From Monocercomonoides exilis PA203 (Eukaryota; Protista; Preaxostyla), in assembly GCA_001643675.2 (NCBI GenBank), contig LSRY02000013.1, positions 1,674,001 to 1,738,000 of the forward strand: a DNA stretch of 64,000 nucleotides. The letters run 5' to 3'. Shown in pieces: positions 38,380 to 50,064 of this stretch. The notes under the pieces are model-generated. The model saw only the letters and a list, made by a program, of their open reading frames with translations, searched no databases and was not told where the DNA came from. The translations under genes and the position numbers were made by a program. Every line of letters starts with the position of its first letter. Within the stretch, counting starts at the first letter, position 1.

Positions 38380-41300
38380 ACATGGCTTTTTTTGACGAAA
38401 TAGACGCGTCTGTAGAATATGCTAGTCTCAGAATTGCGAGCAGAAAACAGATGGTGCGGCGTTGTTGTGCGTCCATTTGGTTGGTGATGGGCTGTAGCAC
38501 GGCGTTCCGAGAGTTTACAGTCGAAGTACAAAGTGCATGAGTCGATTGGGTTGTTTGAGCAGTGGGAGGCAGAGCGGGCAGCGTCTGGGGAGCAGGAACT
38601 GCTGCTGATACGGACAGCTGGGGAAGCAGAAGGGGTGTCGCCGACGCTGCTGCTGTTGAAGTCCCGAGAGGAGATCTGAAAGGAATCGGAGCTTTCGCGC
38701 GTGACGACGGCGCAGAAGAAGATGAATGTGGGGGAAGAGTACAAGGTGTCAGTGATGCTGCGGGAGGACGAGAAGGAGCGGGAGCGGAGGGAAGGGGCAG
38801 TGAAGATGCGGGAGATATGGCGGGGGCTGAACCGAAAGATGGGAGAGAAGAACGCGAAGAGAAGAGCGATAGAGATGAGCGAGTCGATGCTTGCGAGGCA
38901 GAGGAGAGAAGAAGCGAGAAGAAAGTGGAAGAGGGAGAAGAAAAAGAAGGAGATGAAGACAATGAGAACTGCAACAAGATGGAGGATGAGAGAGAAGAAC
39001 GAAATTTTGTTCAGCGGAGATAACATGGAAGGGAAATTGACGTTGCCAATTGAGAGAGAAAGAGAAAGAGAAAAAGAATTGAACACGAGGGTTCTTTATA
39101 GACAGAGAAAGATGGTATTTCTTAAAGCAAAGTCGATAGAATGATGCATTTGGAGTCATTTGATGGAGGCAGAACATCTATTGTTATTCCTTCCTGCGAA
39201 GAATGGCTGCTGTCAGGAAAAGTTGTGGCAGACGAAGAGTTTTTGAGTTCCATTCAACAAATGAGGGAGGTAGAAGTGGCAGGGGCAAATGCTATGAGAA
39301 GGAGCAGAAGAGGGGATGAGTCATTTTGTGTTGAAGACGAAGAGGAAGAAGAGAGAAGGAAAAGCGAGCTGAGTGTACTGAACGGGAGTGAGTCTGAAGC
39401 ATCGAAGTCTGCTTCGAAGAAAAGCAGACGTGCTTGTGATACGTCTTCAGTGATTTTATCATTATCATCTTCAACGCCTTCTTCCTCTTCTCGGAGCAGC
39501 AAGACGTTTTTCCGCGATCCAAAGGATGAATCCAAAATGACAGCGAAAGGGAAGAAATACAGCAAATAAGACATGGTTCTATTCCAAGAAGACGAAGATT
39601 ATTACTTCGGGTCAAAGAACACAACTACATACAAAGCATTAACCTCATCTATTTCTCAATCACAGGCATCTGCTTCATCTTCCCCTCAGATTTCTTCATT
39701 GATTTCACCACAAAGTGCCAGCAAACCCACAAAGGTTCCACGAAGCAGCCTTCTTGCCACGCTGGAAGGGATGAAGAGGAGGAAAGAGGAGAAGAAGAAT
39801 ACAGATTCTCTTTCGCTGTGTTCATCCCTGACACCTGAAAGGATACTGACTCTGATGTCAGCTGGTGATATTGCGCTTTGAGATGACAAGTGGTTTAAGG
39901 AGGAAGAAAAAGACAGGATGTGGTGAAAGGAGAATTTGATGAAGGTTAAGAAGGAAATAGACGAAAGATTGAGGCGAATTAAAGAAAGGAAGCTGAGAGA
40001 AGAAAGAGAAAGAGAAGCAGAAAGAATTATAAGCTTGCCTTTTTTTCAGCAAAATACCATGAACGCAACGTCAATTGGACCGAATCAGACTCTTCAGTCA
40101 ACGCCTCAGCCAACTTGATCAGCATCATTCTCTTCTTCTTCCTTATCTTCATCATCTCCTTCTTCGTCATCCACACAAATTTCATTAGATAACAATCAGG
40201 TTGTCAATGCTTTGCCTTCTTCACCATCATCACTTTCGCCTCCTCTTTCAATATGCTCTTTATCTCCTTCTTCCACCAGCACCCCATCTCCCATCAATCA
40301 AATGTGGCATCCTGTTCCTTCTTCCTCTCTTCCATCTTCGCTTTCTTATGCCTCACAGTGTCCGTTCCCACTTCGTCACTTTGCTTTCCTGAGCCAAAAT
40401 CGACGGCTAATCCAAACCACATCGAACGAATTGAGTTGGAGAAAGCGATATAGCCGAAGATGGAGAAGATGCAGAAGAAAGAGGCAGAGAAGGAGACAAA
40501 GGAGCCGCTGGAGGAAGAGAATAAGAACTTTGAGAAAAAACGTGAAAAGCTCGAAGACTAGCAGAAGAAGGCGCTGGAGCAGGCTGAAAAGAAGAGAAAG
40601 GAGTTTGTCTTAAATCTGAAAAAGATGAAGATTGAAAGAAGTGAATCGAACTTCAAAAGCGAAGCGAACTAGAGGAAGGTGCGGATGAAGGAGAATGTTG
40701 AATCTCCTCTTGTTGTTTGGATGATGAAAGAGCTGTCGATTCGAGATGATCTGCATTTTGGCAGGCAGGCTGTTCAATTTGGAAGCTTTGCAGATGTGTT
40801 TCCAAATAAAAGAGCATTTTCAGCCTCAGAAGAAGGAAAAGATGACAATTCAAAAAACTTGTCTTCTTCAAAAGAACATCAAAAGAAGAAGAAAAAGAAG
40901 AACAAGAAGAAAATTATGCTCCAAAAGAACATATACATTTGGAGAAAAAGCGAAGCGAAAATGCAAAGGCGTTTTTCGATGCTTAATTTGAAAGCTCATT
41001 TTGCTTCTTCTTCTACTACTTCTTTGCAGAAAAGCATGCTGTTTGATGAATGTCTTGTGAAATACAAAGAAAATTTGCAAGCACAGCAAACAAGCAAAGA
41101 AGATAATTCTTCTTCTGCTTCGGCTTCTTCTTTAATTTCTTCTGCTAATAGTGGTGTAGTTGAAGTTTCGCAGCCTTATTTGCCATTTCCAAGCACATCT
41201 GCTTCTTCTTCTTCTTCAAAGCCTCACTCACACTCTCATTCCTCAAAGTCATCTCATTCAAAACCCAGCTCATCAACAACTTCCTTATCTCCTTCCTCAA

Positions 41301-44100
41301 CAGCTGTACCAACTGCTTCATCATCGCCGTCGTCATCATCTTCTTCTATTTCATCTTCTTCATGAGCCTCTCAAAATACATCTGTTTTCAAACAATCTCC
41401 TCATCCCAACCAGCCACTTGCACAGGCACACAAGAAGCACAGCAGCCACACCCTCAAACCGATTTTTATTGCGCATCCACGCCCAACCCTCTCGCAAAAT
41501 CCTGCTGAAATCAAAAGGCAAAAGAGGAAGCTAGCAGCAAGTCAGAAGCGAAACTCATCTCTTTCCTCTTCTTCAGTATAAATTCGACTGACTATTTCGA
41601 CATCTTCTCCACATTCATGCGCAGTTACATATTCTTCTTCTACGTGTTCTACCTCTTCCTCTTCTTCTGTTCCTCAAAAACCACCTTGTTCGCCCCGCCC
41701 CTCCCTTTCTTCTCTTCTCCATTACTGGGTCGGCTGTGCTGAGACATGCCGGTTGAGAAGCACAATGGAAGACAACGGATTGCTTCTGCCTGTTGATTGA
41801 TAGAGCATTGAGAAGCTTGTGTTCAATGAAGAAGTGGGGATTTTGGATTGCAAACAGAAATATCCTCAGGAGCTGAGGTTAGCTGAGAAAGGAATAAAAG
41901 GACTGCAAGTCAGAGAGGATGAGATCTGGGCAAGGAGGATGAGAGAGAAGGAGAGAAGGAAGAAGGAAAGAATGGAAAGAAAGAGAAAAGAATGGAAAAG
42001 GAAAAGAGAGGAAGGAAAGAGAAAGAAAAGAAGAAGAGGATGATAAATCCAGAAATAAGCTAAATACAAACACAGAAGCAAGTAATGTTGAAATTAACTC
42101 ACAATCGTTGCCTTCATCTTCTCCTTCGTCGTCATCTTCTTCTTCTTCATATTCTTCAACAGAAAGTGTTGAAGAACAGAATGTGAATGCACACACAACA
42201 AATACAGCTGATGTTGCTTTTCTTCAACCTCCTCTGAATATTCCTCCTCCTCCTCCTCTTTCCACTCAAGCTCAATTCAATGCCTCTGCTCTCTTCTCAA
42301 CTACTTCTTTCACATTCCCCTCTGCACATCTTTCTTCCTCTTCCTCTTCTTTGCATTCCCTTTTTCCACTTTCTCTTTCCCTTCCTCTTATTTTATCTTC
42401 ACAACTTGATTCATTTTCATCGTCTCCTTTTCTTTCTTCCCCTTCTTCAATTCCCTCTTATCCCCTTCTTATCTCTCTTTCTCTCAGAGCAAAGAATGAC
42501 AGATTTCAAGGTGTGTCTTTTCATCTGTTTCTTCCTTAACACAAAAGCCTGAAAGCATCGATACGAAAGGCAGAGGAGAGAGATGATTCTCAATGCAGCG
42601 CCGAGTGAATCAACAGTTGAGGAGTCACGAAGAGGTGTTTGGAAGGATGACTCCTCCTCCTCATTTGAACGAGGCAATATTGAGCGCACTGGAGTTGGAG
42701 CAGATGAAGTTACATATGGCGGTGAGGGAAAATAAACAAATGGAAAGGCTTTTTCTGGTGAGCTGGAAGCTGTCGGCATGCACACTCCAACAGAGCTTGT
42801 CGAGCGAGATTGCAGTGAAGATGGAACGCATCATAGTGAAGAAGCTTATTGACTGATTAAACACAACGAGATGAGAATAACAACGCTGAAACCTCCGATG
42901 AAGAGATCCGTGGTGATGAGATGCTCAACAATGTTACTGATGTCATCGTCGAGCAGGAGCAGAGGCTGGCAGCACTGAGGGCGGAAAGGTTGTCGTGAGA
43001 GAGGAAGAGGGAGGAAGTGGTGAGAGCATGATGAGCAGGGCAGGTGAGGGGGGAGGGAATGGACAGATATGTTGGAGAGGAGAAGGGTGCCTCGGCAAGA
43101 ACAAATGAGCGAAAAGATGAGGTGGACAGGCTTGTTGGCTGCGGAAAAGAGGGTGGAGAGCACAGCGATGGATCCGTCGAGGAGGTTGAAGACTGTGGCG
43201 CAGACGCGAAGAATGAAAAGAGAAGTGAAAGGTGGATCACGTGCAGGTGTTGAGAAGAACGATATCATCAGCGAAATGGAGGAAAAGAAATCAGGAGGAT
43301 CAAGTATTTTCGAAACAGATATGATTCGGATGTTGGAAAGGCAACTCTGGCTGTGGATGCAGAGTACGACAGTGGAGATGGAAGCGCAGGGGGCAAGCAG
43401 GGAGCCGCACTGGCGGGCAGAAGAGCAGGTGTACTGGTCGACGAATATCTGGTGGGCGCGGTGGAAGGTGATAAAGGTGTGGGGGCTGATATCGAGGTCG
43501 GGGTCGGTGGGAGGAGTGGGATGCGATGGAGGTGGTGAAGGAAGGGAGGTGAAGTGGAGGTTGAAAATGAGAGGGGGAGGTTGGGAACATATGCAGCCAG
43601 AACGAATCCGCTGGGCTCGTCGAGGGAACTGATGTCGTCGCTGGGCATGTTCCAGTTGAAATGGGCTGCATCTTCCACCGCCAACACCATTTGCTCGAGG
43701 GTAAACTGCCTGGAGGCATCTGCCTCCCCCAAGAACACCCAGCTGCCCAGTCTATGGGTCTGTGCCTGGCCTCGCCACCTCCTCTGGCCTGACTGCGATC
43801 TTTACACATCCCCCGTCTCCGCTCCCCTTCTCCTCACCCCCAATCATACACCCTCTGCACTCCACCACGCTGCTGCCCCCAGTGCACTTGATCTGTGAAA
43901 ACATTGTGCTCACCACTTCGCCCAGTGTTTCTTCTTCGCACAGCACCAGCCTCTAAGAGCTGATAATTATCAGCCCGAAAACCATCCTCTTCACTTTCAA
44001 AAGTCACCCTTGCATCCTCAATCAGGGTTGAATCTGAACCAAGCAGGGCTGTTGAAGAATTCAAGCAAACTTAGTGATATATCTGTCCAGCTTTCAAAGT
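38380..44100 (+). pseudogene. Long decayed gene with Ser/Glu low-complexity blocks, family unknown
   Basis: ORFs starting at 39141, 39573, 39936 and 40212 lie in one frame separated by isolated TAA/TGA stops; further frameshifts downstream; GC-richer than the flanks. Confidence 0.5.
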
Positions 44101-44807
44101 GATTTTCGAAGAAGAAGAAAAAGCACATAGAAGCATATTCAGAAAAATAGTTGAGTAGAATGTTCGCCGAGCAACTTATGCAATGCCAAAAAGAAGGACA
44201 GAGCATGAGAAAGATGAGATCATTAGAGTTGTAGGCTTTTAAAGTGAAAAAAGTGAAAATTTGTGAATTTCTTTTCATTTATTCATTATTTCTTTTCAAT
44301 TCTTTTTAACTTTGTTTGATCAATTTGTTAAGATAACTTCTTTAAAATATTATCTATTTCCAAGCTAATATCAACTTCTAATTGTTGTATATCTGATGAA
44401 TATCTAGTTTTACCATTATATTTTTTATGTGTGCTTTTGAAAATTGATTGTTTTCAACTAAAGTTCTAAGATCTTCAATTGCAATTTTAAATTTTCTTTG
44501 CAATAACATCATAAAATTAATTTTAATATAAAAAATTGATTGATCACGTATTGTCATTATTGTTTTTATGTTTTATAAACCAGTTAACTTATGTTTTATT
44601 AGGTTTATCGAATTATCGATATTTACTATTAATTTTTTATTAATTTTTTCAAATTTTGTAATAAAAACGATTGGAAACAAATTAAAATCAATAAATAAAT
44701 ATTGATAATGATATTTTAATAAATATTTTCATGTATCTTCAAATTAAAACTTTCTTTTCAACCCCACCCTTAATGAAAAATTTTTATGATCAAAAGTCGG
44801 AATTTTT

Positions 44808-44902
44808 TATGATATCAAAAAAAATCACCCATATAAATAGTGTAACCTTCAAAGAATCACTCCTCCGAAAAAAGTTATGATTTCAATAATAATCACCCAT
44901 AT
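44808..44902. mobile_element. Two tandem orphan right ends of the Sola-like MITE (subfamily A)
   Basis: TATGATATCAAAAAAAATCACCC|ATAT (ends 44830) and CCGAAAAAAGTTATGATTTCAATAATAATCACCC|ATAT (ends 44898). Confidence 0.65.
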
Positions 44903-45180
44903 GAAAATACATGAAGAAAAAAACGAATAAGTCTTTAATCTTTCAAAAAAAACAAATTTTATATAGTAGGAATTCATTCATGGTTTTATTGGATCTTGAA
45001 ATATTAAAGAACGCATCAAAAAGTAATGTTAAAATTTTTTGTGCTTTATATTTTTAAAAATTCACATATTATTATACAAGAACGAATTTTGAATTCAGAA
45101 ATTAATGAATATCTCTTGCATCTATTTTGTTTGTGATTTTTGATCTATAAAAAAATAATTTAGCCAAACATTTTTATTAA

Positions 45181-48100
45181 ATGCTTCAAACCCCAGTTAA
45201 GGTTAATTGTCAATGCTTAATTTTACTTGTTCTTTTTTTATTTTTAAAACTTATTAGAGCACACCCAAGATTAGAACTCCACGTTCAGTTGCGAAGGAGG
45301 ATTTTGAAGGGAAAGAAAAGAGAGATCTTGTTGCAGCTATGAATACTCTTGCAAAAGAAAACGAAGAATTGCTTGCTTACATTGATGTTTTGAAAACTTC
45401 TTTAGATTCTCAGGCCAACAGCATTGGACTTGGAGATCAAAAAGTATCAATTTCAATAATATTTTTTATCATTTTTTTCTTCAATTCATAATTTTTCAAA
45501 TAAATATTTATATCATTTAGGGTTATCTCATAGTGAATTCAGAATCATCAAAACAACGAATTCGGAAATTAGAAGAGGAGAAGGATGCTCAAATGCTAAT
45601 GATAGGATCTCTTGAAAAACAATTGGAAGATGCGCTTCAAATAGCAGAAAATGCAAAGGAAGCTGCTGAAAACAGCAAATCTGAAGAAGAACGAGTGAAA
45701 AAGATTGGGCAAGAGCTTCAGAGCATTGGCGATGAACAACAGAAAGCACTAACAGCACTGAATGAAGAGTTTATGTCTCTCACTGCCGAAAATGAATCGT
45801 TAAAGACAAACGTGCAAAAGCTATCAGCAGACAAAGAGACATTGTCAGTGGATTTGGAAGACTTGCACGCCGAGTTCGTGAAGCAGAAAGATGAGCTCAA
45901 ACAGACGCTTGAAAGACTGAATGAAAGAGAAACGGAACTGGGGCTGCTGACAACGAAACAAGAAGCCGCGGCGAAGGAAGTTGCGGTGCTCAAGCAGGAA
46001 AATGCGTCTATGAACGAGCAGCTGGATGTGCTGACTGAGGAATACCTGGCGCTGCAGAAGAAAGAAGAGGAGGAGTGGAAGAAAAGAGGGGAGGCCGAGT
46101 CTGAACTGAAAGAGCAAGAGAATGAAATACAAAAGCTGGAGCGAGAATTGGAGGAAGTGAGCAAACAGATGCAGCAGACGAACGAAGAGAAGAAGACGGT
46201 GGAGTCGCAGTGTGCGCGGATGGAGAGAGAGAGGAAGGAAGATAAAGAGCTGATAGAGCAGCTGGAGCGGGAGAAGGAGGAGGTGGCGAAAGCGAAGGAG
46301 GAAGGAGAAAAGCAGATGAAAGGCGAAATTGGAGAATTGAGGGAAGGAACGACGACGCTGGCGAAGAAGCTGACAGAGCATGACAAAGCAGCGGAGGAGA
46401 TGAGGAGGGAAATGGAAGCAGAGAAGGAGGAGAGAAAAAGAAGAGAAGAAGAAAATGAGGAGTTGCAGAAGAAGTTGGGGAGTGAGAGGAGAGAAAGAGA
46501 AAGAAGCGAGGAGAAGGCAGAGAGGGAAGTGAAGTTGCTTTCGGATGAATTGAGAGAAGAAAAGCAGAAATGTGCGATTAAAACGGAGGAATTGAAGAAA
46601 ATGGCAGAGGAGTTGGAGAAAGTGAAGGAAGAAATGGAAGAAAAAAAGCAAAAAATGGAGGAAAATGGAAGGAAAGCGGAAGAAGAGAAAGAAATGAGAA
46701 ATGCCGAAGGAGAAAAATTTAGAGAGAAGATAGAGGAAACAGCGAAACGACTGGAAGAAGCAGAAAAAGGGAGAAATTTGTTGGAAAGAGAACTGGAAGA
46801 GAAAGTGAAAGAGATGAAAGAAGAAAGAGAAGAAGAAGAGAGAAGAAGAAGAAAAGACGAAGAAGAGATTGGAATGCTCAAAAAGGAGAACAATGAGTTG
46901 GAAGAAGAATTGAAAAAGCAGATGAAAAAAGCAGAGGAAGAAGAAGAAGAGAAAGAAAAAGTGAAAATTGAGAAGAAAGCGATGGAGGAGAATTTTGGAG
47001 AAGATCGAAGAAAATTGAAAGAGAAAGAGAGAGAAAATGCGATTTTGACCGAAAAAATCGAAAATTTGTCGAAGGAAATGGAGCAATTAAAGAGCAAAGA
47101 GGAAGAAATGAATGAATTATTGAAGGAAGCAGAAGAGAAATTGGAGGAAGAGAAGGAGAAGAGGGAAGAAATCGAGAAAGAAGTGAAAGAAGAGAAAGAA
47201 AATGCGCAAATGGAATCAACCGTGCTGCTGAGGAAGATCCATTCGATGGAAGACGAAGGAGAAGAGAAGGAGAAAGAGATGAGGAGGTTTGCTTCTGAGA
47301 AGGAAGAGGAAATCAAAGAGAAGAAAGAAGAAGTGAGAAAGTTGGAAGCAAAGGGGAATCAGCAAAGGATGGAAAATGAGGCGATGAAGGAGAGGCTGGG
47401 AAGAATAGAAAAGGAGTTAGAAGAAGAAAGAAGAGAAGGAAATAAGCTTCGCTTGCAAATGGAAGCGGAAAAATTGCAATTTTTGAACAAAATCGAAGAA
47501 ATTACGAAGGAAAAAAGAGAAAATGAGAAGGAATTTGAATCAATTAAAGCAGAAGTTGAAGGAGAAATGATGAAAATCCGACGCGATTTGGAGAATTCGG
47601 AGAAAGAAGCAGAAGAATTGAGAGGAAGATTGGAAGAAGAAGAGGGGAGAAGAAGAGATGTGGAAAGGGTTTTTGGAGAAGATGTGATTTTGAAGGGGAA
47701 GAAGATAAGAGAAGATGAAGAAAAGATGAAAGAGCAAGAAGAAGAAATTGAGAAATTGAAGAAGGAGAAAGAAGAGGCAGAAAGAGAAAGAGAAGAAGTG
47801 AAGAAGATTTTGGAGAACGGGATGAAAGAGCAAGGGGAATTAGGGGAAGAATTAGAAGAAGTGAGGAAGATGAAGAAAGAGCTGTGTGATTTGAATGAAG
47901 AAATGAACGGGAAAATGCAGATGATGGCGAAAGAAAGAGAAAGCATGGTGGACGAAATGAGGGAGATGGAGAAAGAGCTGAAAGAGAAGAAAGAGCAGAT
48001 GAGGGTGGCAGAAGCCAAAAGAGGAGAAGAAGAAGCAAGCAATGCGATGATGAAGGCGACGCTGACATCAGAAATAGCAGTGTTGAAGGAAAGATTGAAT

Positions 48101-49245
48101 CGGGCGATGAAAGAAGGAGGGGAAAAAAGGGGGAAAGCAGAAGAGATGGAGAGAGAAAACAGACAGCTGAAGATTAACTTGGCAGTCAGCAGTGAGAAAG
48201 CGAAGATGTTGGAAGATGATTTGAATTTGTGTGTTTCTGAACTGGAAAAAGCGCAAAATCAATTGATTTTGTCAGAAAATATGCTGAACAATGAAAAAGG
48301 GGAAAGGGAAGGGAATGAAAGAAAACTAATTGAAGAGGCAGAGGAGGAGAGGAGAAAGAGAATTGAAGCGGAATCGAGGCTGAGGATGACAAGCGAAATG
48401 CTTCAGGCAAAAGAAAGAAGGGTAGAAGAATTGGAAGAGCTTTACGAGGCAGTCAATCAGAAACACAAAGAACTGATGAGCGAAAGCTTGATGAAGAGCA
48501 TAAATCCGTCTTTTTCGCCTGTTTCTTCTTCTTCTTCTTCTTTTCCTTCTTCTTTCCCTTCCTCCTCTTCCTCTTCTTCTTCTCTTTTATCTTCCTCCAA
48601 AATCTTCTCTTCTCCAACAAAATTGTCTCTTCTTCATTCTTCTCCTCTTTCTTCTTCTTCTTCCTCCTCTCCCCAGCGTTCATTGCGTTCTTCTCAATTG
48701 ATTTCTTCTTCTCCTCTTCCATTCACTCCTTCTGCACAAAGACAGACACCTCTTCCTCATCCTTCCTCTTCTCCATCTTCTTCTCCTTCTCCTTCTTCTT
48801 CTCCTTCTTCTTCTCCTTCTTCTTCACCTTCTCATTCTTCTTCTTCTTCTTCTTCTTCTTCCACATCACCCAGACTCCGCACTACCCCAACAGTCATGAA
48901 TTCTTACTCACCTGATCCTTCTCTTTCTCCTGCTTCCATCCAATTGACTGCTCATTTGTCTTCTTCTTCTTCCACATCTCCCTCTAATTCATCCATTGGA
49001 AATTCTTCCATTCGCTCGCCTTCTTCTTCTTCTTCTTCTTCTTCCACCACATCTTCCTATTCTCCTTCTTCTGCTTCTCACCCGATGTTCACCTCCACCT
49101 TCACCTCCTCACTCAATCCGGCAAAACGCCCTTCTCCTCTTCCTCTTCGATCTCTTCCTGCGTCTGCTCTTTCAGTCAACAGGGCACAGCCTCATCTTCT
49201 TGTTCATGCTCCTCAGAAGAAGATCGGGGTGGAAGGAGAGGGAAG

Positions 49246-49249
<4 letters not shown>
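45181..49249 (+). CDS. Long coiled-coil (E/K-rich) protein with a Ser/Pro-rich tail, about 1311 aa, 3 exons
   Basis: Exons 45181-45201, 45258-45443 and 45521-49249 joined by phase-0 GT-AG introns of 56 and 77 bp, in frame with the 1238-aa ORF; heptad-like E/K/L pattern. Confidence 0.8.
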
Positions 49250-49287
<38 letters not shown>

Positions 49288-49396
49288 AGAAGAAGAAGAA
49301 GAAGAAGAAGAAGAAGAAGAAGAAGAAGAAGAAGAAGAAGAAGAAGAAGAAGAAGAAGAAGAAGAAGAAGAAGAAGAAGAAGAAGAAGAAGAAGAA
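49248..49396 (+). repeat. Compound microsatellite, (AG) about 18 then (GAA) about 38, starting at the stop codon
   Basis: Directly visible. Confidence 0.95.
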
Positions 49397-50064
49397 ACAA
49401 GAACAGATGAAGAATGGATATCAATTTTGAATATTTCTTCTTCTTCTCCTTCTTCTCTTTCTCTTTCTTCTCCTCAAAAGAGAAAGAGAGAGAGAAAGAT
49501 GAAAATAAAAATAAAAGTGAAGTTTTTATTATTATTACAATTGTATTTATTTGTTCAATCACCCAACAATCTTTCTTTCTTTTCTAACTTTTTTATTTTG
49601 TTAAGTTGTTTTGATCTGTTCTTTTTCTCTTGTTAAAAATGAAAAAAATAATGTTCAATAAAAAATGTGAAAGAAAAGAAAAGAAAAGAAAAGAAAAAAT
49701 TTAAGTTAAAATTCGTTTTAAATACACTTTCTTGAAGTGTTTGTTGATGATTAATCACTTAAATACTGTTAAGAAATGGAAGAAAAAATAAATTAAAAAT
49801 AAATAAAATAAAATAAAAAAATAAATGTTAAATGGTGAAAATATAGCATAAACACAAATAGAAGTTCATTTCCTATTTTGATGAAAAGGGAATGTAAAAA
49901 CTTATTTTATTCAAAAAAATACTCAAAAAAATGAAAGAAAAGAAAGAAATATCGATAGTTGCTTAAAAATTCAGACACGAAAAGATAAAAAGAAAGAAAA
50001 GGAATAAATATTTTCTTTCAAAAACAAAAAGAAAAAAGAAAATTAACTTTCTTTTTCAATTTCT

